DNA of 64,000 bases from Mustelus asterias (GCF_964213995.1 NW_027591667.1:1-64000); one strand, 5' to 3'; numbered from the stretch's first letter, positions 37,264 through 51,024 are shown. A program made the numbers and translations. Notes: generated by a model from the sequence alone, not told the origin.

Positions 37264-38699
37264 AGCAATTGGGAATGAGAATGAGAATCACTCGGGGGTG
37301 GAGTCCTACCTTAGGCAGAAGACATGTAGAAGACATCTAAGGACTGGGGTAGCCGGTGGGCTGCTCTAGAGCAGTGGGCTGAGGGCAGGGTAGGGGTTGG
37401 GGGGGGGGGGGGGGGGGGGGTGCTAGCCTCTGTTCGCATTTTTCCACTTAATATTAAATTAATATGCATCTTTCCTTCTTTGTCACATAATTACCTTAAT
37501 ACTTAGTGTTACTGAAATGTTCTGCTTCAATAATGTTTCATCTCAAAGCTTTCATTCAGCGATCTTTCCCAGCCATATTAAAGGACACAATCCTCCAACT
37601 GTTTACATATTTCTTTGCTTGCTTTTCATCTTCTCTCTCATATACATGTTTAAATAAAATGTAACTGAGTAAAGTTGTCTATTGGGAAAGTGTCACTGTC
37701 ACAAAGCAGCGGTGGTAATATTTACCATTTCTCACAGACTGATTAAATTACATGGTCTAGTCTGGAAGATTGATCAGTTTATCTCTCTCATTGTTTTTAA
37801 TTGCTTTTAAGGTATTGTTGCAAAATGACTAATCACTCTCACAAGGCCAAAACATACAACTCTATCCCAGGGGGATCAGCCCGGTTGATGGAAGATGTTA
37901 CTGTTGTACAAGAAGCTGGGGGAGTCATTTAAGGGAAAAAGATTTCAACAACTTCCAGTGTTTATATTAAGCTAGAACTGAATGTATAGATGGGGGCATC
38001 TGGGCCTGGGCGTTCCCGGCCTGGTGGAGAAGGCGTTGGAGGCATGGTGGGAAGGCCAGGGAAACAGCCATGTCAGGATATCATCCTGGCACATTCCCGC
38101 CACTGAGGGACTTCCCCAAGGCTATTTTGCGGCAGCTCCGGTTTTCTGCTAATGTCAGAGAGTGCCCTCCACCCCCCCCCCCCCCCCCCGCCCCACCGCC
38201 CCGCCGGCCCCTGCCATGTCAGCCCAATTGATGCCCCCTTCCAGGAAGAGGCCACAGTTATGGCAGACTGTGATCATAGAAAGCCGTTGCCTTGTCAGTA
38301 AATTGGCCTAAGATCCCTTTTCCCATCACCACTTTGGGAGTCTTCAGCGCAGCACTTTGTGTTGGTTGATTACGGAGTCTGCAATTTTGAGGTGCCTCCA
38401 CGATCACCGGCCTGCTGTGCCCGGTGGGATAGTTGAGGTTCCACAGCTGTCAGCCCCCTGATTAAATGTACACATTCAGGAGCCCCCAGGACAGTGATTG
38501 CAGAGGCACCTACTTAGGCTACCTCCCTTCCAGAAGATTTCTCTGCAGGTCTCAGCTCATTAGGTCCCAAGCTCAGGGTTCCGGAGTCTGTGGGAGAATC
38601 CAGCCATCACTACGGAGCCTCTCTCAATGGGAGTACGCAAAGACACATTCCCTCTGTAAATAGCACTTCTGCAATTGACAAATTTGTTCTCCTCTGATC

Positions 38700-39366
38700 T
38701 ATTATGCAAGTACTGCAAACAATTAGGAAAGCTAATAGAATATTGTAATTTATTGCGTGAGGAATACAAAAGTAGGGAGGTCATGCTACAGATGTAAAGG
38801 TTTATAGTGAGACCATGATTGGAGTACTGTGCATAGTATCGTTCACCTTATTTAAGGAAGGGTGTAAATGTGTTGGAAACAGCTCAGAGAAGGTTTACCA
38901 AACTAATACCTGGAATGGGTGTGTTGTTTTGTGGGGAAAGGTTGGACAGGCTGGGCTTGTATCTGCTGGAATTTAGAAGAGTAAGAGGTGACTTGATTGA
39001 AACATATAAGATCCTGAGGGGTCTTGACAGGGTGGATGTAGCAAGGATGTTTCCTCTTGTGGCAGAATCTAGAATTAGGGATCACTGTTTCAAAATAAGG
39101 GATTGCCCATTTAAAATGACGAAGAGGTGATTTTCTTTCTCTGAGGGTTGTGAGTCTTTGGAACTCTCTTCCTGAAAAGATGGTGGAAAGAGTCTTTGAA
39201 TATTTTTAAGACAGACATAGTCTAGGTAAGCATGGGGAGGTTATCGGGGATAGTCAGGATGCAGATTTGAAGTTACAATCAGATCAGCCATGATTTTATT
39301 AAATGATGGAGTAGGCTCGAAGGGCCGAGTGGTCTATTTCACCTTCTTGTTCTTATGTTCGTATGT
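38700..39366 (+). mobile_element. CR1 3' fragment, older
   Basis: LETAQRRFTKLIPGM...RGDLIETYKILRG plus tail. Confidence 0.88.
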
Positions 39367-40159
39367 TGGCATGGTTAACTGAACAATACTACAGATAAAA
39401 GATTACATTGAGAAAAGTTTAAGCAACAGCAGAAAATCTATCCTGCAAATCATGTCACTAATTTAGTCACACTCTGGGAGTAAAATCTTGCCTCTGGAAG
39501 ATGCTATTTGGCACTTGAATAAACTAATGAACATCAAAGAAATTTGATTTGCAAGGCAAGTGGAAGAGGCAATGAAAAAGGAAGTAAAATGGATGCAATT
39601 AACTTACATAACCACTAGGACTTCTCCAGCGCTTAAGACAATTGTATTTCTTAAAAAATGCCGTGATCAAATAAACATGCTCATAATTTTGGACCTTAAT
39701 TGAAATGTCCACATGCTAATGAGGTGGTTTTGATCGTGTATTAATCTGGTATCTATAGGCTTCAACTTGCCCATTTTCTCATCCCTACATAGCAAGTGTC
39801 ACATCAATATGTTTCTGAGTATTCGTGTTAAGCAGAACAAAATTAATCTTTACTGTAAACTTCAAAAGAAGCACAGTGCCAAAGAAAAGTCATCTGGGAT
39901 TGCAGACAGAAGGATAATGGCATGAAACTAGATAGAAGTGTTGAATGAAAGGCCCCCCCAGCCCTTTATAAAAAATAATATGTTGCTGTACTTTGATTCT
40001 TTCATAAGTCACTTACATAACGACATCAAAGGCACACAGTGTAAATGCAGCACTAATGCCACAGCCATATCGGGAGGAAGAAAGCACAGGTTTCAGCTTC
40101 TTAATGTGGGAAAACTCCTAGTTAATTCCCCCACCCAAAATAAATAAGAATGCATATGG

Positions 40160-41330
40160 GAACTTGCTTTTTTTTTATCAGCTGTGGCGTAGAGTGTAAG
40201 AGCAAGGAGATAATGTTGGGGCTGTACAGAGCATTGGTTAGGCCACAGCTGGAGTATTGTGTGCAGTTCTGATCACCTTACTATAGGAAGGATGTGATTG
40301 CACTGGAGGGGATACAGAGGAGATTCACCAGGATGTTGACTGGGATGAAGCATTTGAGCTATAAGGGGAGACTGGATAGGCTTGGATTGTTTTCGCTCAA
40401 GCAGGGGAAGCCAAGGAGGGATATGATGGAGTTCAATCCAGATAAACGCAAAGTGATGCATTTTGGTAGAACTAACGTAGGGGGGGAGCTATACGATAAA
40501 TGGCAGAACCATAAAGGGTGTAGATACGCAGAGGGACCTGGGTGTGCAAGTCCACAGATCCTTGAAGGTGACGTCACAAGTGGAGAAGGTAGTGAATAAG
40601 GCATATGGCATGCTTGCCTTTTGAGGACGGGGCATAGAGTATAAAAGTTGGGGTCTGATGTTGCAGATGTATAGAACGTTGGTTCGGCCGCATTTGGAAT
40701 ACTGCGCCCAGTTCTGGTCGCCACACTACCGGAAGGACGTGGAGGCTTTAGAGAGAGTACAGAGGAGGTTTACCAGGATGTTGCCTGGTATGGAAGGGCT
40801 TAGTTATGAGGAGAGATTGGGTAAACTGGGGTTGTTCTCCCTGGAAAGATGGAGGATGAGGGGTGACCTAATAGAGGTGTATAAAATTATGAAAGGCATA
40901 GATAGGGTGAACGGTGGGAAGTTTTTTCCCAGATCGGTGGTGACGTTCATGAGGGGTCATAGGTTCAAGTTGAATGGGGGGAGGTTTAACACGGATATCA
41001 GAAGGATGTATTTTACACAGAAGGTGGTGGGGGCCTGGAATGCGCTGCCGGGCAAGGTGCTGGAGGCGGACACACTGGGAACGTTTAAGACTTATCTAGA
41101 TAGCCACATGAACGGAGTGGGAATGGAGGGATACAAAAGTTTGGACCAGGGAGCAGCGTGGGCTTGGAGGGCCGAAGGGCCTGTTCCTGTGCTGTATTGT
41201 TCTTTGTTCTTTGATTGAGGTGTATGGGATTATGAAGGGTTTGGGCAGGGTGAATGGGAAACAGCTGTTCCCCTTGGTTGAGGAGTCAATCACGAGGGGA
41301 CATAGTTTTAGGGTAAGGGTCTGGAGATTA
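40160..41330 (+). mobile_element. Older CR1 with nested young CR1 (about 40425-41212)
   Basis: ORF 40658-41218; the host resumes at ttgattgaggtgtat after the tail. Confidence 0.9.
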
Positions 41331-41823
41331 TCATGGACATTTGGCTCATGGGTCCGATAATAAAGTTAGGTCCCCCAGCTGAATTCAACTGCTGCAGCAC
41401 CAGGTTGCATTGATCAGCGAGGTCAGAAGGGAATGTTGATAATATTGGTCACATTTGCGTCATGTGATTGAAGTCATAATAAACTGATAGGGAAATAATG
41501 AGAAATTCCTTTATTGAGAGAGTGGTTAGAATGTGGGGTGTTTGTGTCAAATGGCGTTGTTGTCAAAAGGAAGCTCGAGGAATAGATTGGGGAAGAAGGA
41601 AAAGCATGATATGCTGAAAAGCTGAGATAATGAAGGTGGATTGGGAGCAGGCATGTGTGGACTAGTTGGGTGAATGGCTTGTTTCTCTGCTGTAATTCCA
41701 CATAATGATATGGGATGAGGAGTTGTTTGAATGGAGTAGAATTAAAACTAGAGTGTTGGAAGAAATATACGGCAGGAGTTGGGTAAATATTGTCATCTGC
41801 TGACCTTTCCTTATCTAGTCAGA

Positions 41824-42145
41824 TTTTCTTTTTAATATACTTTTCCAATTCAATCAAATCAAGTCCGAATCATAGTCTCAACAAGTTGAAACATTTCCGA
41901 TCCAGGCTGACAAGACAGGGCATGCAAGCCTCTACCCTGTCTTGGGCCTGATCTACATGAGCCAAGCTGATTGGAGGAGGCGCAGGTCTTCTTCCTCCAA
42001 AGCTTGATCTCATTTGCATCTCAGTCAAAAGGCCGAGATGCCGCTTTTAAAAATTGCTTCATATGAAACATATGAAGCTTAAATGCAACCCAATGGCCAC
42101 TACCAAGTGCAGCATCGGCATAACCACACCTGATCTTAGCCAAAA
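41824..42145 (-). mobile_element. U2 snRNA-headed SINE-like element, copy 2
   Basis: Minus strand ttttggctaagatcaggtgt...gcatctcggccttttgactgagATGCAAATgagatcaag...aattggaaaagtatattaaaaagaaaa; colinear with 31195-31522. Confidence 0.88.
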
Positions 42146-42673
42146 AATGCTTATGGCACTGTATCCACAACTTCACCATCTCACGCCTGCTACTGACTTC
42201 TTCTGTCACCGATACCCACTTCATCTTTGTTATGGCAACTGGCTTCATCTTGCCAATTATATGAAATCGCAACCCATTCCCTGGCCCTCTTCCCACCACC
42301 ATCTCTGCCGCCCCACTTCCACCCACCCACTCCCTGGTCCTTACAGCATCCGGCTGAAGTTCTTCCCAAGTTGCACTGGGCCTTAAGTAGGTGACTGGGA
42401 ATGACATCATTTGGGTGAGCATTGTGCTGACTGATACATGACATGGAGCTCAGAATCAAATTTCAAATGAAGACAGGTACTCTGTCACCTGCTATCACTT
42501 TGCATTTGCACTTGCAAGAATGAGGACTTTGAAATTTGACTTAATACTGGTTTTCTTATTGTTGAGGAAATAAGCATTCAACATGGAAGTGTCATTCAGC
42601 GGATGAAATAATAAACTACAATTAACAAAGTAAAGATTAATTAAGTCACAGCCACCTAAAAATACCATATTAA

Positions 42674-43092
42674 TAAGAACAAAGAACAAAGTACAATACA
42701 GCACAGGAACAGGCCCTTCGGCCCTCCAAGCCCATGCCGCTCCCTGGTCCAAACTAGACCATTCTTTTGTATCCCTCCATTCCCACTCCGTTCATATGGC
42801 TGTCTAGATAAGTCTTAAACGTTCCCAGTGTGTCCGCCTCCACCACCTTGCCTGGCAGCGCATTCCAGGCCCCCACCACCCTCTGTGTAAAATATGTCCT
42901 TCTGATATCTGTGTTAAACCTCCCCCCCTTCACCTTGAACCTATGACCCCTCGTGAACGTCACCACCGACCTGGGGAAAAGCTTCCCACCGTTCACCCTA
43001 TCTATGCCTTTCATAATTTTATACACCTCTATTAAATCTCCCCTCATCCTCCGTCTTTCCAGGGAGAACAACCCCAGTTTACCCAATCTCTC
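42674..43092 (-). mobile_element. CR1 3' end, young
   Basis: ORF 42754-43137; near-identical to about 40810-41212. Confidence 0.93.
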
Positions 43093-44117
43093 TGTCTGTA
43101 ATTGTCCAATGATTTTGATAGAAGTCCTTTGATACATAAGTGCACTGATTTCACTTGAATTACTACAAGATCAAGACCATAGGTACATTTCTCACTCCTT
43201 TTAAGAATACTTTGCAACTTAAATTAAATACTTAAAATGTTGGACTTTATCAGGAATAACAAGATGCTGTGCAATAGGCGACATACACCATTTTAGTCAT
43301 GAAATTTGCTTATTATTTCCTTCAGCTAAATATTTTCATGCATTAGTTGGTTGCTTCTATGTGATGACCTATGAGTGCATAACTGTAATGGTTTGTACAT
43401 TCCTGTTCTAAGTCTCCAGGCAAACCTTGGCTTGTGGTCAGCTTCTAGAAATCGAATGCAGAACTTAATTAAAATTTTGCTGGAGTTTGAAGGAACCATT
43501 GACCCAATACTGGGAAAAATGCCAAATAAACAAAGAATAATGTTAAGGAAACCATATGCTATTTTATAATTAGCTGACTATATACGCTTGATGCTATCAT
43601 TGTAATCATTGATTAGTCAGTTACCCTACTGGTTGCTGTGTTAAGTGCTTATTGATATCAATGCTCTGAATAATGTGATTTGCTCTACAACATACTGCAG
43701 TTGCACTTTTTTTCAGGTTCCATCTCTTGTTATCCTACCATCTGCAGCTGAGGAAAACAATGAGTAGACCTGCAAACTCCTCCTCAGTCCTGGTTTCAGA
43801 TCGAGACCATAAACCCGGTGAAAAGTTTTCAAAGTTGGATATAAGCTTACGCTATTTTTTTTTCCAATTGAGAATCTTTGCCTCTGCCAAGATTAAACTA
43901 ATGAGGAGTTATTTTTAAACATTGTGGAATTAAGACTTTTTCGCAGTTATGGTACATTTGCTTGCCAGCCATGTGCGCAATGTATTTTAATGCTCGTCAG
44001 TTCTGTTCAGTGAATTAATGAATCGACTACAGCAATTTGGAGATCATTGGGAAGATCAGTCTCCAGGCATCACACAGAAATTACTGACAGATCACTTCGA
44101 GGCACTCACAGGCACTT

Positions 44118-46731
44118 CGAGGGGGATCTGCACACTGAGGTAATATGGGCTGAGGTTAGAAATAGGAAAGGAGCGGTCACGTTGTTAGGAGTTTACTATA
44201 GGCCCCCAAATAGTAATAGAGATGTGGAGGAAGAAATTGCTAAGCAGATTATGGATATGTGTTGGGGTCACAGGGTAGTTGTCATGGGGGACTTTAACTT
44301 TCCAAATATTGATTGGAACCTTTGTAGGTCAAATAGTTCGGATGGGGCAGTTTTTGTGCAGTGTGTGCAGGAGGGTTTCCTGACACAATATCTGGATAGG
44401 CCGACAAGAGGTGAGGCCACATTGGATTTGGTACTGGGAAATGAACCAGGCCAAGTGTTAGATTTGGTTATGGGAGAGCACTTTGGAGATAGTGACCACA
44501 ATTCGGTGTCTTTTGTTATTGCAATGGAGAGGGATAGGGCCGTATGGCAGGGCAAGGTTTACAATTGGGGGAGAGGTAATTATGATGCGATTAGGCAAGA
44601 ATTAGGGGGCATAAGTTGGGAACAGAAACTGTCAGGGAAAGGCACTAATGAAAAGTGGAATTTTTTCAAGGAACAAATACTGGGTGTCCTTGATGGGTAT
44701 GTCCCTGTCAGGCAGGGAGGAAATGGCCGAGAGAGGGAACCATGGTTCACGAAAGAGGTGGAATGTCTTGTGAAAAGGAAGAGGGAAGCTTATGTAGGGA
44801 TGAGGAAACAAGGTTCAGATGGCTCGATTGAGGGTTACAAGTTAGCAAGGAACGAGCTGAAAAAGGGGCTTAGGAGAGCTAGGAGGGGACGTGAGAAGTC
44901 CTTAGCGGGTCGGATCAAGGAAAACCCAAAGGCTTTTTACTCGTATGTGAGGAATAAAAGAATTACCAGGGTGAGGTTAGGGCCGGTCAAGGACAGTAGT
45001 GGGAACTTGTGTATGGAGTCAGTAGAGATAGGCAAGGTGATGAATGAATACTTTTCTTCAGTGTTCACCAAGGAGAGGGGCCATGTTTTTGAGGAAGAGA
45101 AGGTGTTACAGGCTAATAGGCTGGAGGAAATAGATGTTCGGAGGGAGGATGTCCTGGCAGTTTTGAATAAACTGAAGGTCGATAAGTCCCCTGGGCCTGA
45201 TGAAATATATCCTAGGATTCTTTGGGAGGCAAGGGATGAGATTGCAGAGTCTTTGGCTTTGATCTTTGGGTCCTCACTGTCCACGGGGATGGTGCCAGAG
45301 GACTGGAGAATGGCGAATGTTGTTCCTCTGTTTCAGAAAGGGAATAGAAATGACCCTGGTAATTATAGACCGGTTAGTCTTACTTCGGTGGTTGGTAAAT
45401 TGATGGAAAAGATCCTTAGGGATGGGATTTACGACCATTGAGAAAGATGCGGATTAATCCGGGATAGTCAGCACGGATTCGTGAAGGGCAAGTCGTGCCT
45501 CACAAATTTGATAGAATTTTTTGAGGAGGTAACTAAGTGTGTTGATGAAGGTAGGGCAGTTGATGTCATATACATGGATTTTAGTAAGGTGTTTGATAAG
45601 GTCCCCCATGGTCGGCTTATGATGAAAGTGAGGAGGTGTGGGATAGAGGGAAGTTTGGCCGATTTGGCTGTCTGATCGAAGACAGAGGGTGGTGGTGGAT
45701 GGAAAATGTTCGGATTGGAGGCAGGTTGCTAGCGGAGTGCCACAGGGATCAGTGCTTGGTCCTCTGCTCTTTGTGATTTTTATTAATGACTGAGAGGAGG
45801 GGGCTGAAGGGTGGATCAGTAAATTTGCTGATGACACCAAGATTGGTGGAGTAGTGGATGAGGTGGAGGGCTGTTGTAGCCTGCAAAGAGACATAGATAG
45901 GATGCAAAGCTGGGTTGAAAAATGGCAAATGGAGTTTAACCCTGATAAATGTGAGGTGATTCATTTTGGTAGGACAAATTTAAATGTGGATTACAGGGTC
46001 AAAGGTAGAGTTCTGAAGACTGTGGAGGAACAGAGAGATCTTGGGGTCCATATCCACAGATCTCTAAAGGTTGCCACTCAAGTGGATAGAGCTGTGAAGA
46101 AGGCCTATAGTGTGTTAGCTTTTATTAACAGGGGGTTGGAGTTTAAGGGCTGTGGGGTTATGCTGCAACTGTACAGGACCTTGGTGAGACCACATTTGGA
46201 ATATTGTGTGCAGTTCTGGTCACCTCACTATAAGAAGGATGTGGAAGCGCTGGAAAGAGTGCAGAAGAGATTTACCAGGATGCTGCCTGGTTTGGAGGGT
46301 AGGTCTTATGAGGAAAGGTTGAGGGAGCTAGGGCTATTCTCTCTGGAGCGGAGGAGGCTGAGGGGAGACTTGATAGAGGTTTATAAAATGATGAAGAGGA
46401 TAGATAGAGTGAGCGTTCAAAGACTATTTCCTCGGGTGGATGGAGCTATTACAAGGGGGCATAACAATAGGGTTCGTGGTGGGAGATATAGGAAGGATAT
46501 CAGAGGTAGGTTCTTTACGCAGAGAGTGGTTGGGGTGTGGAATGGACTGCCTGCAGTGATAGTGGAGTCAGACACCTTAGGAACATTTAAGCGGTTATTA
46601 GAAAAGCACATGGAGCACACCAGGATGATAGGGAGTGGGATAGCTTGATCTTGGTTTCAGATAAAGCTCGGCACAACATCGTGGGCCGAAGGGCCTGTTC
46701 TGTGCTGTACTGTTCTATGTTCTATGTTCTA
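44118..46731 (+). mobile_element. Long CR1/HER1 LINE: endonuclease, RT and 3' UTR, few lesions
   Basis: ORFs 44047-45441, 45481-45675 and 45854-46648 with GDFNFP, SDHN, GNYRPVSLTS, YMDFSK.FD, KFADD, RPHLEY; stops and frameshifts between them. Confidence 0.97.
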
Positions 46732-46874
46732 GATAGTACCTCCATATCTCCATGTGAGTACACTATATGGTACCAAACACAGAATGCTGTACAACAATTT
46801 GAGTATTGCTGAAAAAAGAAGAAGCAGGCCAAAGCGTTTTTGTCTTGTGTTCATCAGGATACTTCGCAATAAAT

Positions 46875-46952
46875 ATTTTTCTTGTCTATATAGCACAAGA
46901 AAAATACTTTTCACTGTATACAACTGACAATAATAAATCAATTCAAATCAAA
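46875..46952 (+). mobile_element. Rex1 tail fragment
   Basis: aatacttttcactgtatac...gacaataataaatcaattcaaatc. Confidence 0.7.
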
Positions 46953-47084
46953 CACTGATGAGAAGAAAGTGCTGATTGATTGGCAAGTAGACTCTGATTG
47001 GTGGAGGCATTGTCATGGAGAATGCACCAGGTGACTCACAGTTAACTACCAAGCATTGTTTGAAATTTAAACCAGGCAGTTTGA

Positions 47085-47251
47085 CTTTTTTATTCATCCG
47101 TGGGACATGAGCATCACTGGCTGGCCAGCATTTATTGCCCATCCCTAGCTGCCCAAGGGCAGTTGAGTGTCAACCACATTGTTGTGGCTCTGGAGTCACA
47201 TGTAGGCCAGACTGGGTAAGGACGGCAGATTTCCTTCCCGAAAGGACATTA
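47085..47251 (-). mobile_element. tRNA-SINE family B, 3' half
   Basis: Tail plus core. Confidence 0.8.
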
Positions 47252-47759
47252 TTGGTCGAGGCATTGCCCTGAGGAATGAGTCTGAAATAGCTGTCACTCA
47301 TCTTGTTTAGTTGGAACAGGTGTAATGTTCTTTTTGTCTGCAAAGATGAAGGCCCTGTCTACAACAACTTACATATGTAATTCAAAGTACCTTAGGATGT
47401 TTTATGACTTTAGACTGATAGTGGTCTGGATTTTGAAGAAAGTGGCGGAGCTCCAAGAAAGCTGCACTGAGAGATCTAACAACATCTGTAGTGAGAACTT
47501 TTAACTCTCTCAGCATGCAATTCATTGTAGCATCATTTAATAGGGTTTCCCAGTGCCAAGCTGCCATAATATTACCAACCAAGCTGTCCAGGCAGCCAAT
47601 CACATTAAAAGTTCTCATAGACAGCCAGCCAGGCAGTGAAAAATATTAACATTCAAATCACTTTTAAAAATTTTTACAGAGACACGGAGACATGCATGCA
47701 AGATTAAGATGGAAGATGAAATATGGACACACATTATATTTTTGTTTTAATTATTATGT

Positions 47760-48072
47760 GGGTGGCATGGTGGCACAATGGTTAGCACTGCTGCCTCACA
47801 CAGGGATCCAGGTTCGATTCCCGGCTTGGGTCATTGCCTGTGCGGAGTCTGCACGTTCTCCCCTTGTCTACGTGGGTTTCCTCCGGGTGCTCCAGTTTCT
47901 TCCCACAGTCTGAAAGACGTGCTGGTTGGGTGCATTTATCATTCTAAATTCTCCCTCAGTGTACCCAAACAGGCACCAGAGTGTGGCGACGAGGGGATTT
48001 TCACAGTAACTTCACTGCAGTGTTAATGTAAGCTTACTTGTGACACTAATAAATAAACTTAAACTTAAACCT
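47760..48072 (+). mobile_element. V-SINE with non-HE1 tail
   Basis: Ends tgtgacactaataaataaacttaaacttaaac. Confidence 0.9.
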
Positions 48073-48689
48073 TATAAAAACAATCTGGTTCAAAAAATCT
48101 TGCAAATAATCATAATGGAGTTATTTAACAATATTTCATAAATATAAAATTATGTTTTCAAGGCCAAAGCAGTTGTTCAAGAGTAGCTATGACATTGATC
48201 TGTATTAGAAATACCAGTTACACCTCATTGAACAATACTTAGTTTTCATGGGATTTCTAACAACAACATGAGGATGGAAAAGAGGAAGTTCTCACCACCT
48301 TTCTTGAATTGCCACTTTAAATCTTTTGATTTCACAATAAACCTCCTCATCTTTAAAATGATAATCTTTGAAAGTCTTATGGAACATCTGTTTTTTAAGA
48401 TACATATGATTGATTCTCCTAATTCTTCTGCTGCTTGGTCCAATTGGTGACACATAGACCTGGAATTTGTGGAGTTTTTTGACAGTGAACTGTCAGAATT
48501 CGCTATCATTACACCATCAATTCTAGCAGCACAAATCTTTGGGATTGAGCACAAACACAGTTTAACACAGAAATCCTGAAATTGCAATCTATCATTCAAT
48601 ACTCTACCACAGGCTGTTTGTGGACTCCCTCCTAGAGCCAGAAATCACTACCCGGCTGAAATCTATCAGTGACTGAGAAGCATTGAGTG

Positions 48690-49180
48690 GATGATGGATT
48701 GCACAGAAGGCACTGTAGGCAGTAGACGGGGGCAAGACAAATAGGAGTCAGAGTTTGGAGGTTGGAATGCAAAGATGCAAAGCCATGAACAAATTTAAAC
48801 TACCATTTTGATGTGCTGGGAGACAGGGGCCAGTGGAGGTCAGCAATAATGAAAGGAAGGTCGGACTTAGTGTTGGATAGGATGGAGGCATTGGGGTATT
48901 TTGGACAAGTTAGAGTTTGTGTAGGGTGAAAAATAGGAGACAAGAATGCTTTTGCAATACCAAACGTTTAGGTAATGATCATGTGGATAAAGTTTCAATG
49001 GGGTTAAAATAGATGCAGCGTGAGGCTGTGTTCCAGAGATCTTATAATGGATTGGATATGGGGTGTGCCGTCTGTGGTTTGCATGTTCAAGTTCAGTGAG
49101 GACGTTGATGTGCATCAACTGATTCAACATGAGGGAGCAGTGGGGGAGTGATCAAGAATACAGATTTCTGATAAGAACAT
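48690..49180 (-). mobile_element. Decayed L2 fragment
   Basis: Resembles antisense L2 ORF2 3' region (ggacttagtg...ttttggacaagttagagtttgt). Confidence 0.45.
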
Positions 49181-51024
49181 CTTGCTAAGAAATTGATGGC
49201 TCTGCATCTGTTTTACAGGCATAAAACCAATGTCTAAGCATCCATTTGCAGTGAGTGGTGTGCATACACTTCCTCTGTGTAAGAAATGCACAAATTGCCA
49301 TATTGGTTAGAGTCTCTCAGTCAGCATTCAGGACGTGAGTTTGAACCTGGTATTAGGCCCCTGTTTTACTTATGAAATGAGCTAACGCCTGTTCCAGATT
49401 CCTTTGCCAAATTAGATTGGGAATGACGGCAACAAGCACAGTACAAACTGCAGTTAAACTCTCCCCATGCTTAGGTGCCAAACAGAGATTTTGGTCTTTT
49501 TACATGCAGTTGATGGCACCCTGCACCATTGGGAATCTCACCAGCCTGCCAAAGCTTTGTTCCTCCTGCTTGTCTCCAGTAAGAGAGAAATCTATGAAGT
49601 CCCCTCTCTTGTCACACTGGGCCTTGGTCGCCCTCTATCAGTGATCTAGACTGTGAACTGCGGGCAATGTTGCTGACTCCTTTCTGGAAAGATTCTCACT
49701 AGTTTAGATAACCTTCACTAATGATCAGGCAGACGGTGGCGAGCAGGAAATGTATGGTGGGTGAGGAGCTACTCAGAGCCGGTGAAAGCCCAACCCAGCC
49801 CAGCCTCCTCAGCAGGGCTCCTGATATCAGCTGAGCCTAAAGGAAGCTTTATGTGATTAACAGTTCCACTTTTAGTTTGAGTGTTTTTAATTTTTAATGG
49901 TGATCTTCATGGTCACTGACAGCGTCATACTTACTTTCCTCTGTCGCTGTAAAGGTCTTGTTGTAGGAGGTAGCACAGTTCAGTGACTACAGGCTTGGTG
50001 AAACATAACCACCTCAGACATTGCTTCTGCCTGAGGTGGAGGCAGGACTGTTCAGCTGGGGTTATTAAGAAAGGATATTATCTGGATCTGTAAGGTCCAA
50101 AATGGCAGTATATTTCCCAAATCAATGTTAGAGGCTGTTTAATATCACATTCTGCCCACTCTGCATGCTTTCAGCATACACCTGGCACATCCACACAACA
50201 TTACAATCATGGTGTGTTGTGTAGGCCAAGCTATAATTGGCCCATAGGAATCTGGTTGACATTTTTCGAGCTCTGGGACCAGCAGTACCACAGAACTGAA
50301 TTTTGCATTCACAGCGTCTGACTTGATCCTTGACATTTTACATCCTGAACAAGGGAGAGAGAGGAATCCCCACAAAACTGACTCTCATTGAGAGGACAGC
50401 TGGACACTGCCATTCGAAAGGAAAGCTAAACGTTTTTACTTACCTTCCTGAGGAACAGTTGTGTTCGTCCTGGTTCCACAATAAAAAGCTGGACCACTGC
50501 AGGCCACTGCTCACTGTTACAACTCCTTCTTCCTCCAAGCTCTCCAAAGTTTGAGGCCAGAAATATTCATTTCATCCCGATAACCAGCAAACTGTCTCGG
50601 GGGCTATGAATCATGCGTACATCTTGCTAGTGGTATTTTCATGAGGTTGCTAATGCATGTTCACTGCACTGGGATCATGCCCCAATTCAGGTGCCATCTT
50701 GGTTTTCAACCAGAGTTCCTGTAGCATTAGCCGCCTCGATTAAATTCAAATCACTGAGAGTCAAAGGAAGGAGATGCTTGGTGAATAAACTTGGTGAATT
50801 ACTGAAGGGTTCAATTTAGATCATAGATGCTACAGCCACAGTGTGTTAGTGATGGAGAGGATGGATAATCCACTTTTCAGTTCTCTTTCTGATTATTGTG
50901 AAGCCTCTTGTTGCAATTTTGCAAATCAGTGGAAATAAACCATTGCGATTTAAAAGAACATTAATAGGATGGGTGAAATTATTGGCCCACTGCAACAAAT
51001 TCCAGCTTTATTGTGCCAAAGTCT

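Noticed and set aside
43700-43800. Possible exon after ttttttcag
   Set aside because: The direct frame stops after 16 codons, with no recognisable protein or partner exon
48246-48599. 117-aa ORF in unique sequence
   Set aside because: No recognisable domain or supporting exon structure
49190-50750. Decayed Harbinger element
   Set aside because: Only faint motif traces (for example LIERTAG); too weak to delimit
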